From contig DASYVB010000125.1 of assembly GCA_036000525.1 (NCBI GenBank), positions 1 through 53,389 of the forward strand: a stretch of 53,389 nt of DNA, in the 5' to 3' direction. A program made the position numbers and the translations under genes. The first letter of the stretch is position 1; each line of letters starts with the position of its first letter. The notes below the pieces were generated by a model. That model ran no database searches, was not told where the DNA came from, and worked only from the letters and a program-made list of their open reading frames with translations. This DNA is from Nitrospiraceae bacterium (lineage in GTDB: Bacteria; Nitrospirota; Nitrospiria; Nitrospirales; Nitrospiraceae). Shown here one piece after another: positions 8,837-17,181 of this stretch.

Positions 8837-9982
8837 ATGGCGTCATCTACTCCTCACTCTCAACGTGCCACGGTCTTTATCGCTGCCAGCGAGACTGACG
8901 CCAATCTATATTACGCCACAAAGTTTATTGCGCCGGACCCCTTTATCTATTTGGAAATTAAAGGGGAGCGGATTCTGGTGATGAGCGATCTCGAAATGGA
9001 TCGGGCGAAGAGCCAATCGTCCGTCGATCGAGTGCTCTCGTATTCGGAGGTCGAAGGGCGAGCTAAGACGCAAGGCATCGCCGAGCCAGGCACGGTCGAG
9101 GTCGTCCATATCCTTCTGCGGGAAGCCGGCATCACGCAGATCCTAGTCCCGGCGAACTTTGCCTTTGGCCATGCCATCAAGTTCCAATCCTTGGGGTATC
9201 AGCTGCAACCGAAGCGGGACCCGTTCTACGAACAGCGTGTGGTGAAGACCGCTGAAGAAGTCCGCTATATCGAAGCAGCCCAGCGCGCGACCGAACAGGC
9301 GGTCGCGGCTGCCCACGACATGCTGCGTCAGGCCTCGATCAATAAGGATCGCCTGTGGTTCGATGGGATACCGCTGACGTCGGAGCGAGTGAAGAAGCTG
9401 ATCAATGTGAAATTGATGGAGTGCGACTGTGTCGCCCAGCATACCATCGTTGCCGGGGGAGAGCAGGCCTGCGATCCACACAACGAAGGCAGTGGGCCGT
9501 TGCCGGCTCACCGCAGCATTATCTTCGACGTGTTTCCTCGTTCGGCCACCAACCGGTATTTCGCCGACATGTCCAGGACCGTGGTACGTGGGATCCCGAG
9601 TCCCGAGCTGAAACGACTTTACCAGACAGTCCTGGATGCACAGGAAGAGGCCATCACGAAAGTCAAAGACGGGGCGGACGGGAAGAGGATTCATCAAGGT
9701 ATTTGCGCTCGGTTTGAAAAAGCGGGATACAAGACAGGCTTGGTGAACGGGCACATGCAGGGCTACTTTCACGGCACCGGCCACGGGGTCGGACTCGACA
9801 TACATGAAATGCCGCGCATCAGCCGCACCGGATCACTGCTCCAAGAAGGCCACGTCGTTACCGTCGAGCCCGGCCTCTACTATCCCGGTCTCGGTGCCGT
9901 CCGCATCGAGGACATGGTACTCGTCACGAAAGACGGGTGCCGCAATCTGACGATCTCTCCCAAGACGTTCGAGTTGGACTGA
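8837..9982 (+). CDS. Xaa-Pro aminopeptidase / M24B family metallopeptidase
   Basis: The M24 metal-ligand motifs are present: FDVFPR..YFADMSRT, HGTGHGVGLDIHEMP and VTVEPGLY...VRIEDMVLV. I prefer the ATG at 8837 over the TTG at 8792, which overlaps the upstream stop. Confidence 0.8.
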   Translation: MASSTPHSQRATVFIAASETDANLYYATKFIAPDPFIYLEIKGERILVMSDLEMDRAKSQSSVDRVLSYSEVEGRAKTQGIAEPGTVEVVHILLREAGITQILVPANFAFGHAIKFQSLGYQLQPKRDPFYEQRVVKTAEEVRYIEAAQRATEQAVAAAHDMLRQASINKDRLWFDGIPLTSERVKKLINVKLMECDCVAQHTIVAGGEQACDPHNEGSGPLPAHRSIIFDVFPRSATNRYFADMSRTVVRGIPSPELKRLYQTVLDAQEEAITKVKDGADGKRIHQGICARFEKAGYKTGLVNGHMQGYFHGTGHGVGLDIHEMPRISRTGSLLQEGHVVTVEPGLYYPGLGAVRIEDMVLVTKDGCRNLTISPKTFELD

Positions 9983-10066
9983 ACAGGACGTAAGGCGTTA
10001 GGCAGGCGTAAGGGGCACGAAGTCTCCCCGTGTGTTACGCTTGACGTGTTACGTTTCACGTCTTCT

Positions 10067-11041
10067 ATGCGCCTGACCTTTACGATTCAACGATTCAATC
10101 CCGAAGTCGATTCCACACCCCAACCTCAAGAAATCCGGCTCGACGTCGGACGTGGGATGACCGTCCTCGATGCCCTCATTCGCATCAAGCAGGAGTGTGA
10201 CGGGAGTCTGGCACTCCGCTATTCCTGCCGCTCTGCGATTTGTGGCTCCTGTGCGATGACGATCAACGGCAGCGAGAAGCTGGCCTGCCGCACGTCGCTC
10301 CGCAAAGAACTTGAACGGCACGGGCACATCAGGGTCGCGCCGCTCCGCAACTTGCCGGTGATCAAGGACTTGGTCGTGGATATGGCGTCTTTTTGGAATA
10401 AAGTTCTGGATGTGCATCCGTGGCTTACCGCGTCGCGCGAGTCGCTGCAACGCTATGGGCCGACGGCGCAGCTGACGATCCTTCCGAAGGATTCGCAGTT
10501 TCACAATGTGGATGCCTGCATCATGTGCGGCGCCTGCGTCGCGGCTTGTACCGTGTATGAAGTCTCGAAGGGGTTTGCCGGCCCTGCAGCTTTGGCGAAG
10601 GCCGATCGTTTCCTCTCCGACCCACGCGAGTCCCCTTCGGCGACACGCGCCAGGCTCTCGGCGCTTCAAGGCGAGCATGGGATTTGGGACTGCACACGCT
10701 GCAACTTCTGCGTGGAGGTCTGTCCGAAAGATGTCAAACCCATGGAGGCGATCGTCCGGTTGCGGCGGGCCTCGCTCGAACGCGAGTTGACAGCGACCGG
10801 CGGCGCGCGCCACATCCTCGGCTTTACCGATCTGATCGAACAGCAAGGGCGGTTAAACGAAGCAATCATGCCGCTGAAAGTGGTGGGATTCAAGCCGCGT
10901 GGCCTCTTGCGTATCCTGCCCCTGGGCATCAAGATGTTGCGTAAAGGAAAAATCCCCAATCCCTTCGGACATGCGCTCCCCGGGCTCAGTCACCTCCAGG
11001 CCCTCATCCGGCGAGCGCGACGGGTCATGCCGCCAGGCTGA
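10067..11041 (+). CDS. succinate dehydrogenase/fumarate reductase iron-sulfur subunit-like protein
   Basis: It has a 2Fe-2S motif (CRSAICGSCAMTINGSEKLAC) and two ferredoxin-type clusters (CIMCGACVAAC, CTRCNFCVEVCPK), with a C-terminal extension. No flavoprotein subunit gene is adjacent. Confidence 0.75.
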   Translation: MRLTFTIQRFNPEVDSTPQPQEIRLDVGRGMTVLDALIRIKQECDGSLALRYSCRSAICGSCAMTINGSEKLACRTSLRKELERHGHIRVAPLRNLPVIKDLVVDMASFWNKVLDVHPWLTASRESLQRYGPTAQLTILPKDSQFHNVDACIMCGACVAACTVYEVSKGFAGPAALAKADRFLSDPRESPSATRARLSALQGEHGIWDCTRCNFCVEVCPKDVKPMEAIVRLRRASLERELTATGGARHILGFTDLIEQQGRLNEAIMPLKVVGFKPRGLLRILPLGIKMLRKGKIPNPFGHALPGLSHLQALIRRARRVMPPG

Positions 11042-11046
11042 CGCCC

Positions 11047-11481
11047 ATGGCCTGGACCTTTCGTTTTCTTGAAGAGATTGCCCTGGCCGATATCGCCTTC
11101 GAAGCCGAAGGCGAGACGGTCGAAGAGGTGTGTCGAGGCGCGACGCAGGCCCTCCTTGAGAGCATGGCGAACCCTGACACGGTGTCTGGAGAATGGAAGC
11201 GTGTGATTGAACGGAGCGATGCGGACCCGTCGATGCTGTTGTTCGATTGGTTATCGGAGGTGGTCTACTGGAAAGACGCCGCAGGGGTGGTCTTCCGAGA
11301 GGCGCCGCTCACCCTGACGCGGGAGGGGGACGTCTGGCTGTTGCGAGCACATCTGATCGGCGCTCCGGTGGATCAGCAGGCGCAAGAACTCCACACCGAT
11401 GTGAAAGGGGTCACGAAACATCTATACGAGCTCAAGCAGACAGGCAGTTGCTGGAAGGTACGCGTGGTGCTCGACGTCTGA
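11047..11481 (+). CDS. archease (RtcB activator/chaperone)
   Basis: This 144-aa protein has FLEEIALADIAFEAEGETVEEV...TDVKGVTKHLYEL, which is archease-like. It lies directly upstream of rtcB. Confidence 0.8.
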   Translation: MAWTFRFLEEIALADIAFEAEGETVEEVCRGATQALLESMANPDTVSGEWKRVIERSDADPSMLLFDWLSEVVYWKDAAGVVFREAPLTLTREGDVWLLRAHLIGAPVDQQAQELHTDVKGVTKHLYELKQTGSCWKVRVVLDV

Positions 11482-11604
11482 ATAGGCCTGAAAGCGAGAA
11501 AGGCGCGATGAGCGAGAAGTGTGAGGTAAGGCAGCTGTCTCGAACACGTCGCGCTTGTCTCGCCCGTCCCGCAAGGCTCGCCAGGTTGATCATGACCACT
11601 TGAT

Positions 11605-13056
11605 ATGAATCTCAACACTGACATGACGGTCAATCGGATTACAGACGTGATTTGGGAAATCCCTCTGTCTGAAAAACCCGGCATGCTAGTGCCGGCCAGG
11701 ATTTATGCAACCAGGGAGATTCTTCAGGCCATGGACTCCGGGGTCTTCGATCAGGTAACCAATGTCGCCTGTCTGCCTGGCATTCGCCGGTATGCGCTCT
11801 GTATGCCGGATGGGCATTGGGGCTATGGTTTTCCGATCGGAGGTGTCGCGGCATTCGACGTCGAGCACGGTGTCATCTCGCCTGGCGGCGTGGGATACGA
11901 CATCAACTGCGGCATACGGCTGATTCGAACAGATTTGACGCTGGCGGACGTGCAGCCATATCTAGAGAAACTCATGACCGAACTTTTTCGGAAAGTGCCA
12001 GCCGGCGTCGGAGCGGGCGGATTCGTTCGGCTGTCGGGAGAGGAATTTCGTCGCGTGATGACCCATGGGGCCAGGTGGTGTGTGGAGCGGGGATACGGGT
12101 GGCATCGGGATCTCGTCCGTATGGAAGAAGGGGGCTGTATCGAGGGAGCCGATCCGTCGATCGTGACCGACCACGCGATCCAACGTGGCATCAACCAGCT
12201 TGGGACCTTGGGATCGGGCAATCACTACCTCGAAGTCCAGGTGGTCTCGAACGAGCGGATTTTCGATCCGATCACGGCAGCGGCGCTTGGTATCACCGGC
12301 CATGAGCAGATCGTCGTGATGGTGCATTGCGGCTCGCGTGGGTTCGGCCATCAGGTTGCGAGCGACTATCTCAAGGTGTTTGAAAAGGCCATGCGTCGCT
12401 ATGGCATCACAGTAAAGGATCAGCAGTTGGCCTGTGCACCCTTTCGATCTCCCGAGGGGCAGGAGTATTTTTCCGCCATGAATTGCGCCGCGAACACGGC
12501 CTTTGCCAATCGCCAAGTCATCACGCATCAGATTCGCGAAGCCTTCGCGACGGTCTTCGGTCGGTCCGCCGAGGCATTGGGGATGGAGTTGGTATATGAC
12601 GTGGCGCATAACATCGCCAAGGTAGAACGGTATGCAGAAGGGGAGTTGGTGGTGCATCGCAAAGGAGCGACCAGGGCGTTTGGGCCGGGGAGTCCAGAGC
12701 TACCAGAAACGTTTCGACAGACAGGCCAGCCGGTCATCTGTGGCGGCTCGATGGAGACTGGTTCGTACCTGCTCGTGGGGACAGATCAAGCGGTGCGCGA
12801 CACGTTCGGGTCGACGATGCACGGGTCTGGGAGAACAATGTCCCGCGCTCAAGCGAAGAGAACGGTTCGCGGCGAGCAGCTGCAGCTGCAAATGAAAAAG
12901 CGCGGCATTTTGGTCAAGGCCGTGTCGATGTCGGGCCTCGCGGAGGAGGCCGGCCTGGCCTACAAAAATATATCTGAAGTTGTGGAATCGGTCGATCGTG
13001 CGGGAATTACAAAAAAGGTGTTGGAATTGCGTCCGATCGGGAATATAAAGGGGTAG
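11605..13056 (+). CDS. rtcB: RNA-splicing ligase RtcB (3'-phosphate/5'-hydroxyl RNA ligase)
   Basis: The motifs MPDGHWGYGFPIGGV, GGVGYDINCG, GSGNHYLE and HCGSRGFGHQ are RtcB metal/GTP-binding signatures. Confidence 0.9.
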   Translation: MNLNTDMTVNRITDVIWEIPLSEKPGMLVPARIYATREILQAMDSGVFDQVTNVACLPGIRRYALCMPDGHWGYGFPIGGVAAFDVEHGVISPGGVGYDINCGIRLIRTDLTLADVQPYLEKLMTELFRKVPAGVGAGGFVRLSGEEFRRVMTHGARWCVERGYGWHRDLVRMEEGGCIEGADPSIVTDHAIQRGINQLGTLGSGNHYLEVQVVSNERIFDPITAAALGITGHEQIVVMVHCGSRGFGHQVASDYLKVFEKAMRRYGITVKDQQLACAPFRSPEGQEYFSAMNCAANTAFANRQVITHQIREAFATVFGRSAEALGMELVYDVAHNIAKVERYAEGELVVHRKGATRAFGPGSPELPETFRQTGQPVICGGSMETGSYLLVGTDQAVRDTFGSTMHGSGRTMSRAQAKRTVRGEQLQLQMKKRGILVKAVSMSGLAEEAGLAYKNISEVVESVDRAGITKKVLELRPIGNIKG

Positions 13057-13084
13057 CAGGATACCGATCTGCGAGGCGCAATGG

Positions 13085-13441
13085 ATGATGGAGCAACGGA
13101 AGAACCTCCGGTTTCACGTCCAATTTCGCAGTTCGTTTTCTTCCATCGCCATGGTCGGCGGAGAGGGCAGCGTCGTCGATCTCTCCATCAGGGGTTGTCG
13201 CATCGAAAGTCCCACCGACGTTCAGCCAGGAGCTTCTCTAGAGGTCCGAATCGCGGCGATAGAGCACGAACCCCCAATTCAGATTCAGCAAGCGTTAGTT
13301 CGTTGGAGCCGAGGGCGACAATTCGGCCTTGAGTTTGTGACGATGGCTCCGGAAGAATGGGCCCGCCTCCAGCACACCGTGAAGCAGATAGAAATGGAGC
13401 CCTATCAGCAAGCGCAACAGCAAAAAGAAGCCGGTACCTAG
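13085..13441 (+). CDS. PilZ domain protein (putative c-di-GMP receptor)
   Basis: It shows an RKNLRF (RxxxR-like) motif followed by VVDLSIRGCRI (DxSxxG), then VRWSRGRQFGLEF, which together are typical of PilZ. Confidence 0.65.
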   Translation: MMEQRKNLRFHVQFRSSFSSIAMVGGEGSVVDLSIRGCRIESPTDVQPGASLEVRIAAIEHEPPIQIQQALVRWSRGRQFGLEFVTMAPEEWARLQHTVKQIEMEPYQQAQQQKEAGT

Positions 13442-13879
13442 TGCATTGTGTTCCTCACGCAGTCCCTCCGCAGCCATTTCGCTATAACCGATTATCCTAC
13501 TCCTACGTGGCTATCACATGCCGCGTGGATTGATACCGTGGGGTGCTACGGTCGGCGCCTAGGTGCTCACGGAAATCACGATAGAGTTGGAATCATGGAA
13601 TCGGATGATCCTGAATCACGGACCGAGTACTGGTTCGTAGGGTTGGTGATCAGCATCATGAACCTACTCAAGGGGCGCCCCGCCGCCCCGGTCCAAGTAA
13701 GTCAGCAATGTGGTGCTCTTCAGAGGAGGAATTGCGGGTTTGACGAGTAATCGACAGGGAAGATATGCGTTGACGTCAACGACGTTTCACGCGTCACGAT
13801 CTATGCACGGTGACTTTCCGAAAGGCGGAAGTTATACTTCAAATCTAGGGCCGTATCGTTAGAAATGGAGGCGATCGCT

Positions 13880-14329
13880 ATGAAGAATTATGTCGGAAGG
13901 TTGTGGGGGATCGTGGGGATAGGGTTGCTCACCATACCAATCGTCCTTCCGGCTGGAGCGTCAGATAAGCCGGTGACGGGTGACACGGTTATTCGGGAAA
14001 CACAGGAGGCGGTGACGGCCACCAAGGACTATACGATTCAGCAGAAAGATGCGTTTCAGCGAAAGGTTCAAACAGAACTGGATGAGATGCAAGTGCGCAT
14101 CACGCAGCTCCGTGGGCAAGTCAAGCATGCGTCGGCGGAAGCAAGAGCGGACATCCAGAAGGCGATCGGGGAATTAGAAAAGAAAAAGGACCTGGCCAGT
14201 AAGAAAGTCGAGGCCATTCAATCCGCAACAGCCTCTTCCTGGGAGCAGGTGAAGTCGAAAACAGAAGCTGCGATGGACGATCTTCGCGACTCTCTCACAC
14301 GGGCCCGGTCTTATTTCCCGTCACGGTAA
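13880..14329 (+). CDS. secreted coiled-coil protein, hypothetical
   Basis: It has a signal peptide (LWGIVGIGLLTIPIVLPAGA) and then helical heptad-like sequence. The ATG at 13880 has a GGAGG RBS. Confidence 0.5.
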   Translation: MKNYVGRLWGIVGIGLLTIPIVLPAGASDKPVTGDTVIRETQEAVTATKDYTIQQKDAFQRKVQTELDEMQVRITQLRGQVKHASAEARADIQKAIGELEKKKDLASKKVEAIQSATASSWEQVKSKTEAAMDDLRDSLTRARSYFPSR

Positions 14330-14333
14330 ACCA

Positions 14334-15233
14334 ATGAAATATGCTCTCTACCCCGGTTGTGCGGCCCAAGGGGCGACGCCGGAACTCTATCAATCGACGA
14401 GGGCGATCATCGGCCGATTGGGGATCGAGGTCGTTGAACTCACAGCCGCGGCCTGTTGCGGGGCCGGTGTGGTGACGGAGGCGAATCCCGATATGGCGCT
14501 GGCGCTTAACGCCAGGACGTTTGCGCAAGCGGAGGCACTTGGACTGGATGTCATGACGATCTGCGGAACCTGCCAAGGGGTGATGAGCGCAGCCAATCGA
14601 CGATTGAAGACGGAGGCAGGGACCCTGGATCGCATCAACGCTCTCCTGGCACCAGAAGGTTTGGCCTACCACGGGCATGTTCAAGTCAAACATCTGTTGT
14701 GGATTGTGGTACGAGACATCGGGCTGGCTCGCCTGGGTGCGCTGGTCTCTGTGCCGATGCGAGACTTCCGCATCGCCCCGTTTTACGGTTGCTACATCCT
14801 GCGTCCGTCGTGGGATCTAGGATTTGACGATCCTGAGAATCCCCAATCCCTCGAGCGCGTCATCAAGGCCGTCGGTGGCGAGCCGGTGGCCTATGCCGGA
14901 AGAACCAAGTGCTGTGGGTTTCCCATCATCCTCGAAAAGGAAGCTATTGCTGTGGCCATGGCAGGGATGCACATGAATGAAGCGAAGGAGCAGGGAGCCG
15001 ATTTTATGGTGACGCCCTGTCCGCTCTGTCACATGAGCCTGGATATTTATCAGGATCGGGCTGGTCGTTCCGTGAACCGCGAACTCCACTTACCGATCTT
15101 GCATGTGCCGCAGGTACTTGGTTTGGCGATGGGGCTTCCGGCCAAGGACTTGGGACTCTCGCATCATGTGATCTCGGTCGATTCCATTCTTGCGACGCTT
15201 GACCGTCGTCGAACGGAGCCGCAACCATTCTGA
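14334..15233 (+). CDS. heterodisulfide reductase subunit B-like / SdhE-type CCG-domain protein
   Basis: It contains two cysteine-rich CCG domains (YPGC..AAACCGAG ... CGTC; FYGC ... KCCGFP ... CPLCH), as in HdrB and the membrane anchor of type E succinate:quinone oxidoreductases. Confidence 0.7.
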   Translation: MKYALYPGCAAQGATPELYQSTRAIIGRLGIEVVELTAAACCGAGVVTEANPDMALALNARTFAQAEALGLDVMTICGTCQGVMSAANRRLKTEAGTLDRINALLAPEGLAYHGHVQVKHLLWIVVRDIGLARLGALVSVPMRDFRIAPFYGCYILRPSWDLGFDDPENPQSLERVIKAVGGEPVAYAGRTKCCGFPIILEKEAIAVAMAGMHMNEAKEQGADFMVTPCPLCHMSLDIYQDRAGRSVNRELHLPILHVPQVLGLAMGLPAKDLGLSHHVISVDSILATLDRRRTEPQPF

Positions 15234-15245
15234 AGGAGTTGGCGA

Positions 15246-15566
15246 ATGAAAGTGGTAAATATTTCTGACTATCAGCAGTTTAGAAGTGAGAAAATGAAGA
15301 AGAACAATATGTTCCAGACACCACGATTCTTCTGCGACATCTACTGCTTTGAGCCAGGGCAGGAACAGAAGGGGCATATCCACGGTGAGCAGGATAAGGT
15401 CTATCTCGTGCTTGAGGGACAGGGCACGTTTCAGGTCGGTTCAGAGAAGCAGGTGCTTGGTCCAGGGCAGGGGACCATGGCGCCGGCCGGGGAAGAGCAT
15501 GGCGTGAAGAATCACACGGGCCAGCAGCTCAAAGTACTCGTGTTCGTGGCGCCGAATCCCTCTTGA
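15246..15566 (+). CDS. cupin domain protein
   Basis: The cupin_2 motifs KGHIHGEQDKVYLVLEG and MAPAGEEHGVKN are present in this 106-aa protein. Confidence 0.7.
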   Translation: MKVVNISDYQQFRSEKMKKNNMFQTPRFFCDIYCFEPGQEQKGHIHGEQDKVYLVLEGQGTFQVGSEKQVLGPGQGTMAPAGEEHGVKNHTGQQLKVLVFVAPNPS

Positions 15567-15579
15567 AGAATGGGGGAGT

Positions 15580-15677
15580 GGGATGGAGGCTGATCGATCT
15601 TCTGTGCTCGCGCAACGCGCGGTCGAGGACTCCCCTCGTTGGACGCGCGCAGTGGAAGATCAATCAGTCTCCATCCC
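15580..15677. repeat. 98-nt long-stem hairpin repeat (family C)
   Basis: GGGATGGAGGCTGATCGATCTTC pairs with GGAAGATCAATCAGTCTCCATCCC. The core GTGCTCGCGCAACGCGCGG..CTCGTTGGACGCGCGCAGT is shared with 2447-2510. Confidence 0.75.
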
Positions 15678-15913
15678 TGAGAGATGAGGAGCAACGCGCA
15701 CGATCAGAATATACTCGCTCGACGGCCGCAGTCGAAAGCTTCTCACACCCTTGCTTGGTTGGGTGATGAACTGGGAGAGAGTAAGCATCGATGCGCGCAG
15801 TGGGAGATCACACCAGCCGCCTCGCTGAACGCAGGTGCAGGTGAAGAGTTCAGGCCTCGCTTGCCCCGCCATCGCTGATTTTTTGAGTGAGCCCCCGAAA
15901 GCTTTGGCGTGGG

Positions 15914-16345
15914 TTACGATCGGCGTGGAACTGTCCGGCCTTCTTCTAGGTCTTGTAGATCTGCCCAGCTGGTGAGGTCGGTTCGGGAGGGATCGACGGC
16001 GTCTCTGAGCTTGTTGAAGTATTCCTGCTTCTCTGGTGTACTTGGCCCGCGGGTCAACATCATCCGGTTCCATGCTTCCAGCTCGGCTGGAGGATGCGCC
16101 GTTGCCGTTTCTGTGAACCATTTCGCCACTGCTTCGTCTGATGGATTGGCTTTGACGGCTGCGGTGAACTGCTCGGCTGTGATGTCTGCGAACTCCATGA
16201 GCCGGTCGTCCATGGGGCAGGGGTAGATGTATGCCCCTTCGGTGCCGGCCAGCACAGCGTGGCACTTATCGATCATGCGTGCCAAATGGATATAACCCTC
16301 CATCTTCACGCGCAGGCTACGGGGGAAACTCTTTCTCAGGTCCAT
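15914..16345 (-). CDS. DUF5069 domain protein
   Basis: The true start is the ATG at 16345 (MDLRKSFPRSLRVKMEGYIHLARMIDKC...YIYPCPMDDRLMEF). It lies 2 nt after the stop of the upstream gene. The longer track ORF to 16801 is an out-of-frame overlap. Confidence 0.6.
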   Translation of the reverse strand: MDLRKSFPRSLRVKMEGYIHLARMIDKCHAVLAGTEGAYIYPCPMDDRLMEFADITAEQFTAAVKANPSDEAVAKWFTETATAHPPAELEAWNRMMLTRGPSTPEKQEYFNKLRDAVDPSRTDLTSWADLQDLEEGRTVPRRS

Positions 16346-16347
16346 GC

Positions 16348-17022
16348 TTAGATCAGTTCGTGATTCGTGAACGTCAAGTTCTTCACGATCACTCCGCCGC
16401 TTTCGTATGTAATGATGCGGCGGGTGGCTGGCAGATCCGATGATCCAATGCGCACATGGGTGTCGATGAAGTTTTCTACGTTGGTCAGCTTCCCGTCGGT
16501 GGGTGAATAGTAGTACACGCAGTACTTCGTCGTCAGGTTCTTCTGGTCCTGGGTGACGGAGCTTTCTTCGACGTTGATCGTAAAGGCGAAGGGGGTCATG
16601 CCCGGGTGCGCCATGGTGCGATTGATCTGGGTGATACGATTGCCTTTGACGCGATAAAACGAGTTCGACCCATGAATGATCAGTTTCGTGCCGAACGGGT
16701 GCCCATCTTCTTCCATGGTCAATGAGTACTTGCCGTCCGATTCCTCGAAGGTTCTTGGGCCACGGTGCACCGCGATCATGCCGAGCTGTTCTTGCGCCCA
16801 TTTCTGCACCTCGGCATCGCCCAGTTGGACCGATACCTCACGAGGGCCTTTCACCATGACGGGCCCGCTGGTTTCCTTTCCGTTCACATTCACTGTCAGG
16901 TCGGCAGTGAATCCCTTAAAGTCTTTCTGCCACCGCGCGGTCTTTTCGAACGCTTGCCGAAGCACCTCGCGGGCCTTCGGATCGTCGGCGACGGTGGGCT
17001 GGTTCTGCTTCTGATGTTCCAT
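16348..17022 (-). CDS. conserved hypothetical protein (DUF3386-like, recalled from cyanobacterial homologs)
   Basis: This 224-aa ORF has protein-like composition and is tightly coupled to the downstream DUF5069 gene. The family assignment is from memory only. Confidence 0.45.
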   Translation of the reverse strand: MEHQKQNQPTVADDPKAREVLRQAFEKTARWQKDFKGFTADLTVNVNGKETSGPVMVKGPREVSVQLGDAEVQKWAQEQLGMIAVHRGPRTFEESDGKYSLTMEEDGHPFGTKLIIHGSNSFYRVKGNRITQINRTMAHPGMTPFAFTINVEESSVTQDQKNLTTKYCVYYYSPTDGKLTNVENFIDTHVRIGSSDLPATRRIITYESGGVIVKNLTFTNHELI

Positions 17023-17181
17023 TGTGGCCTCCTTCTAAGAATAATGTGAGCGGGATTATAACCCCCGGATGAAAATAGCCTCAAGTGGTACCAAGTCTGT
17101 GACAAGCCTGTGCAGCATCTGGTGCATTTGCGCAAATTCAGCTATACTGCACGGCGCGTTGCTGTGCCTAGTATAGAAAGG

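Noticed and set aside
9143-9805. 220-aa ORF on the minus strand (similar cases: 11962-12657, 6819-7424, 45783-46421, 32727-33314)
   Set aside because: All are antisense to genes with strong motif support (M24 peptidase, rtcB, AsmA, radical SAM, HD-GYP regulator).
10049-10846. 265-aa ORF on the minus strand
   Set aside because: It is entirely antisense to the well-supported sdhB-like gene and has an Arg/Ala/Gly/Pro-rich composition typical of shadow ORFs in high-GC DNA.
13448-13750. 100-aa ORF in the PilZ downstream gap
   Set aside because: It has no RBS at the annotated start, an odd composition and no motif. Only the distal small TM-like part is even marginally plausible.
15660-16265. 201-aa Arg-rich ORF on the minus strand
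   Set aside because: It is out of frame with the DUF5069 gene and extends into the repeat region. Its composition is not protein-like.
16346-16801. N-terminal 152 codons of track ORF 15914-16801 (-)
   Set aside because: This part overlaps the DUF3386-like gene out of frame and is Arg/His/Pro-rich. The DUF5069 homology begins at the internal ATG at 16345, 2 nt after the upstream stop.
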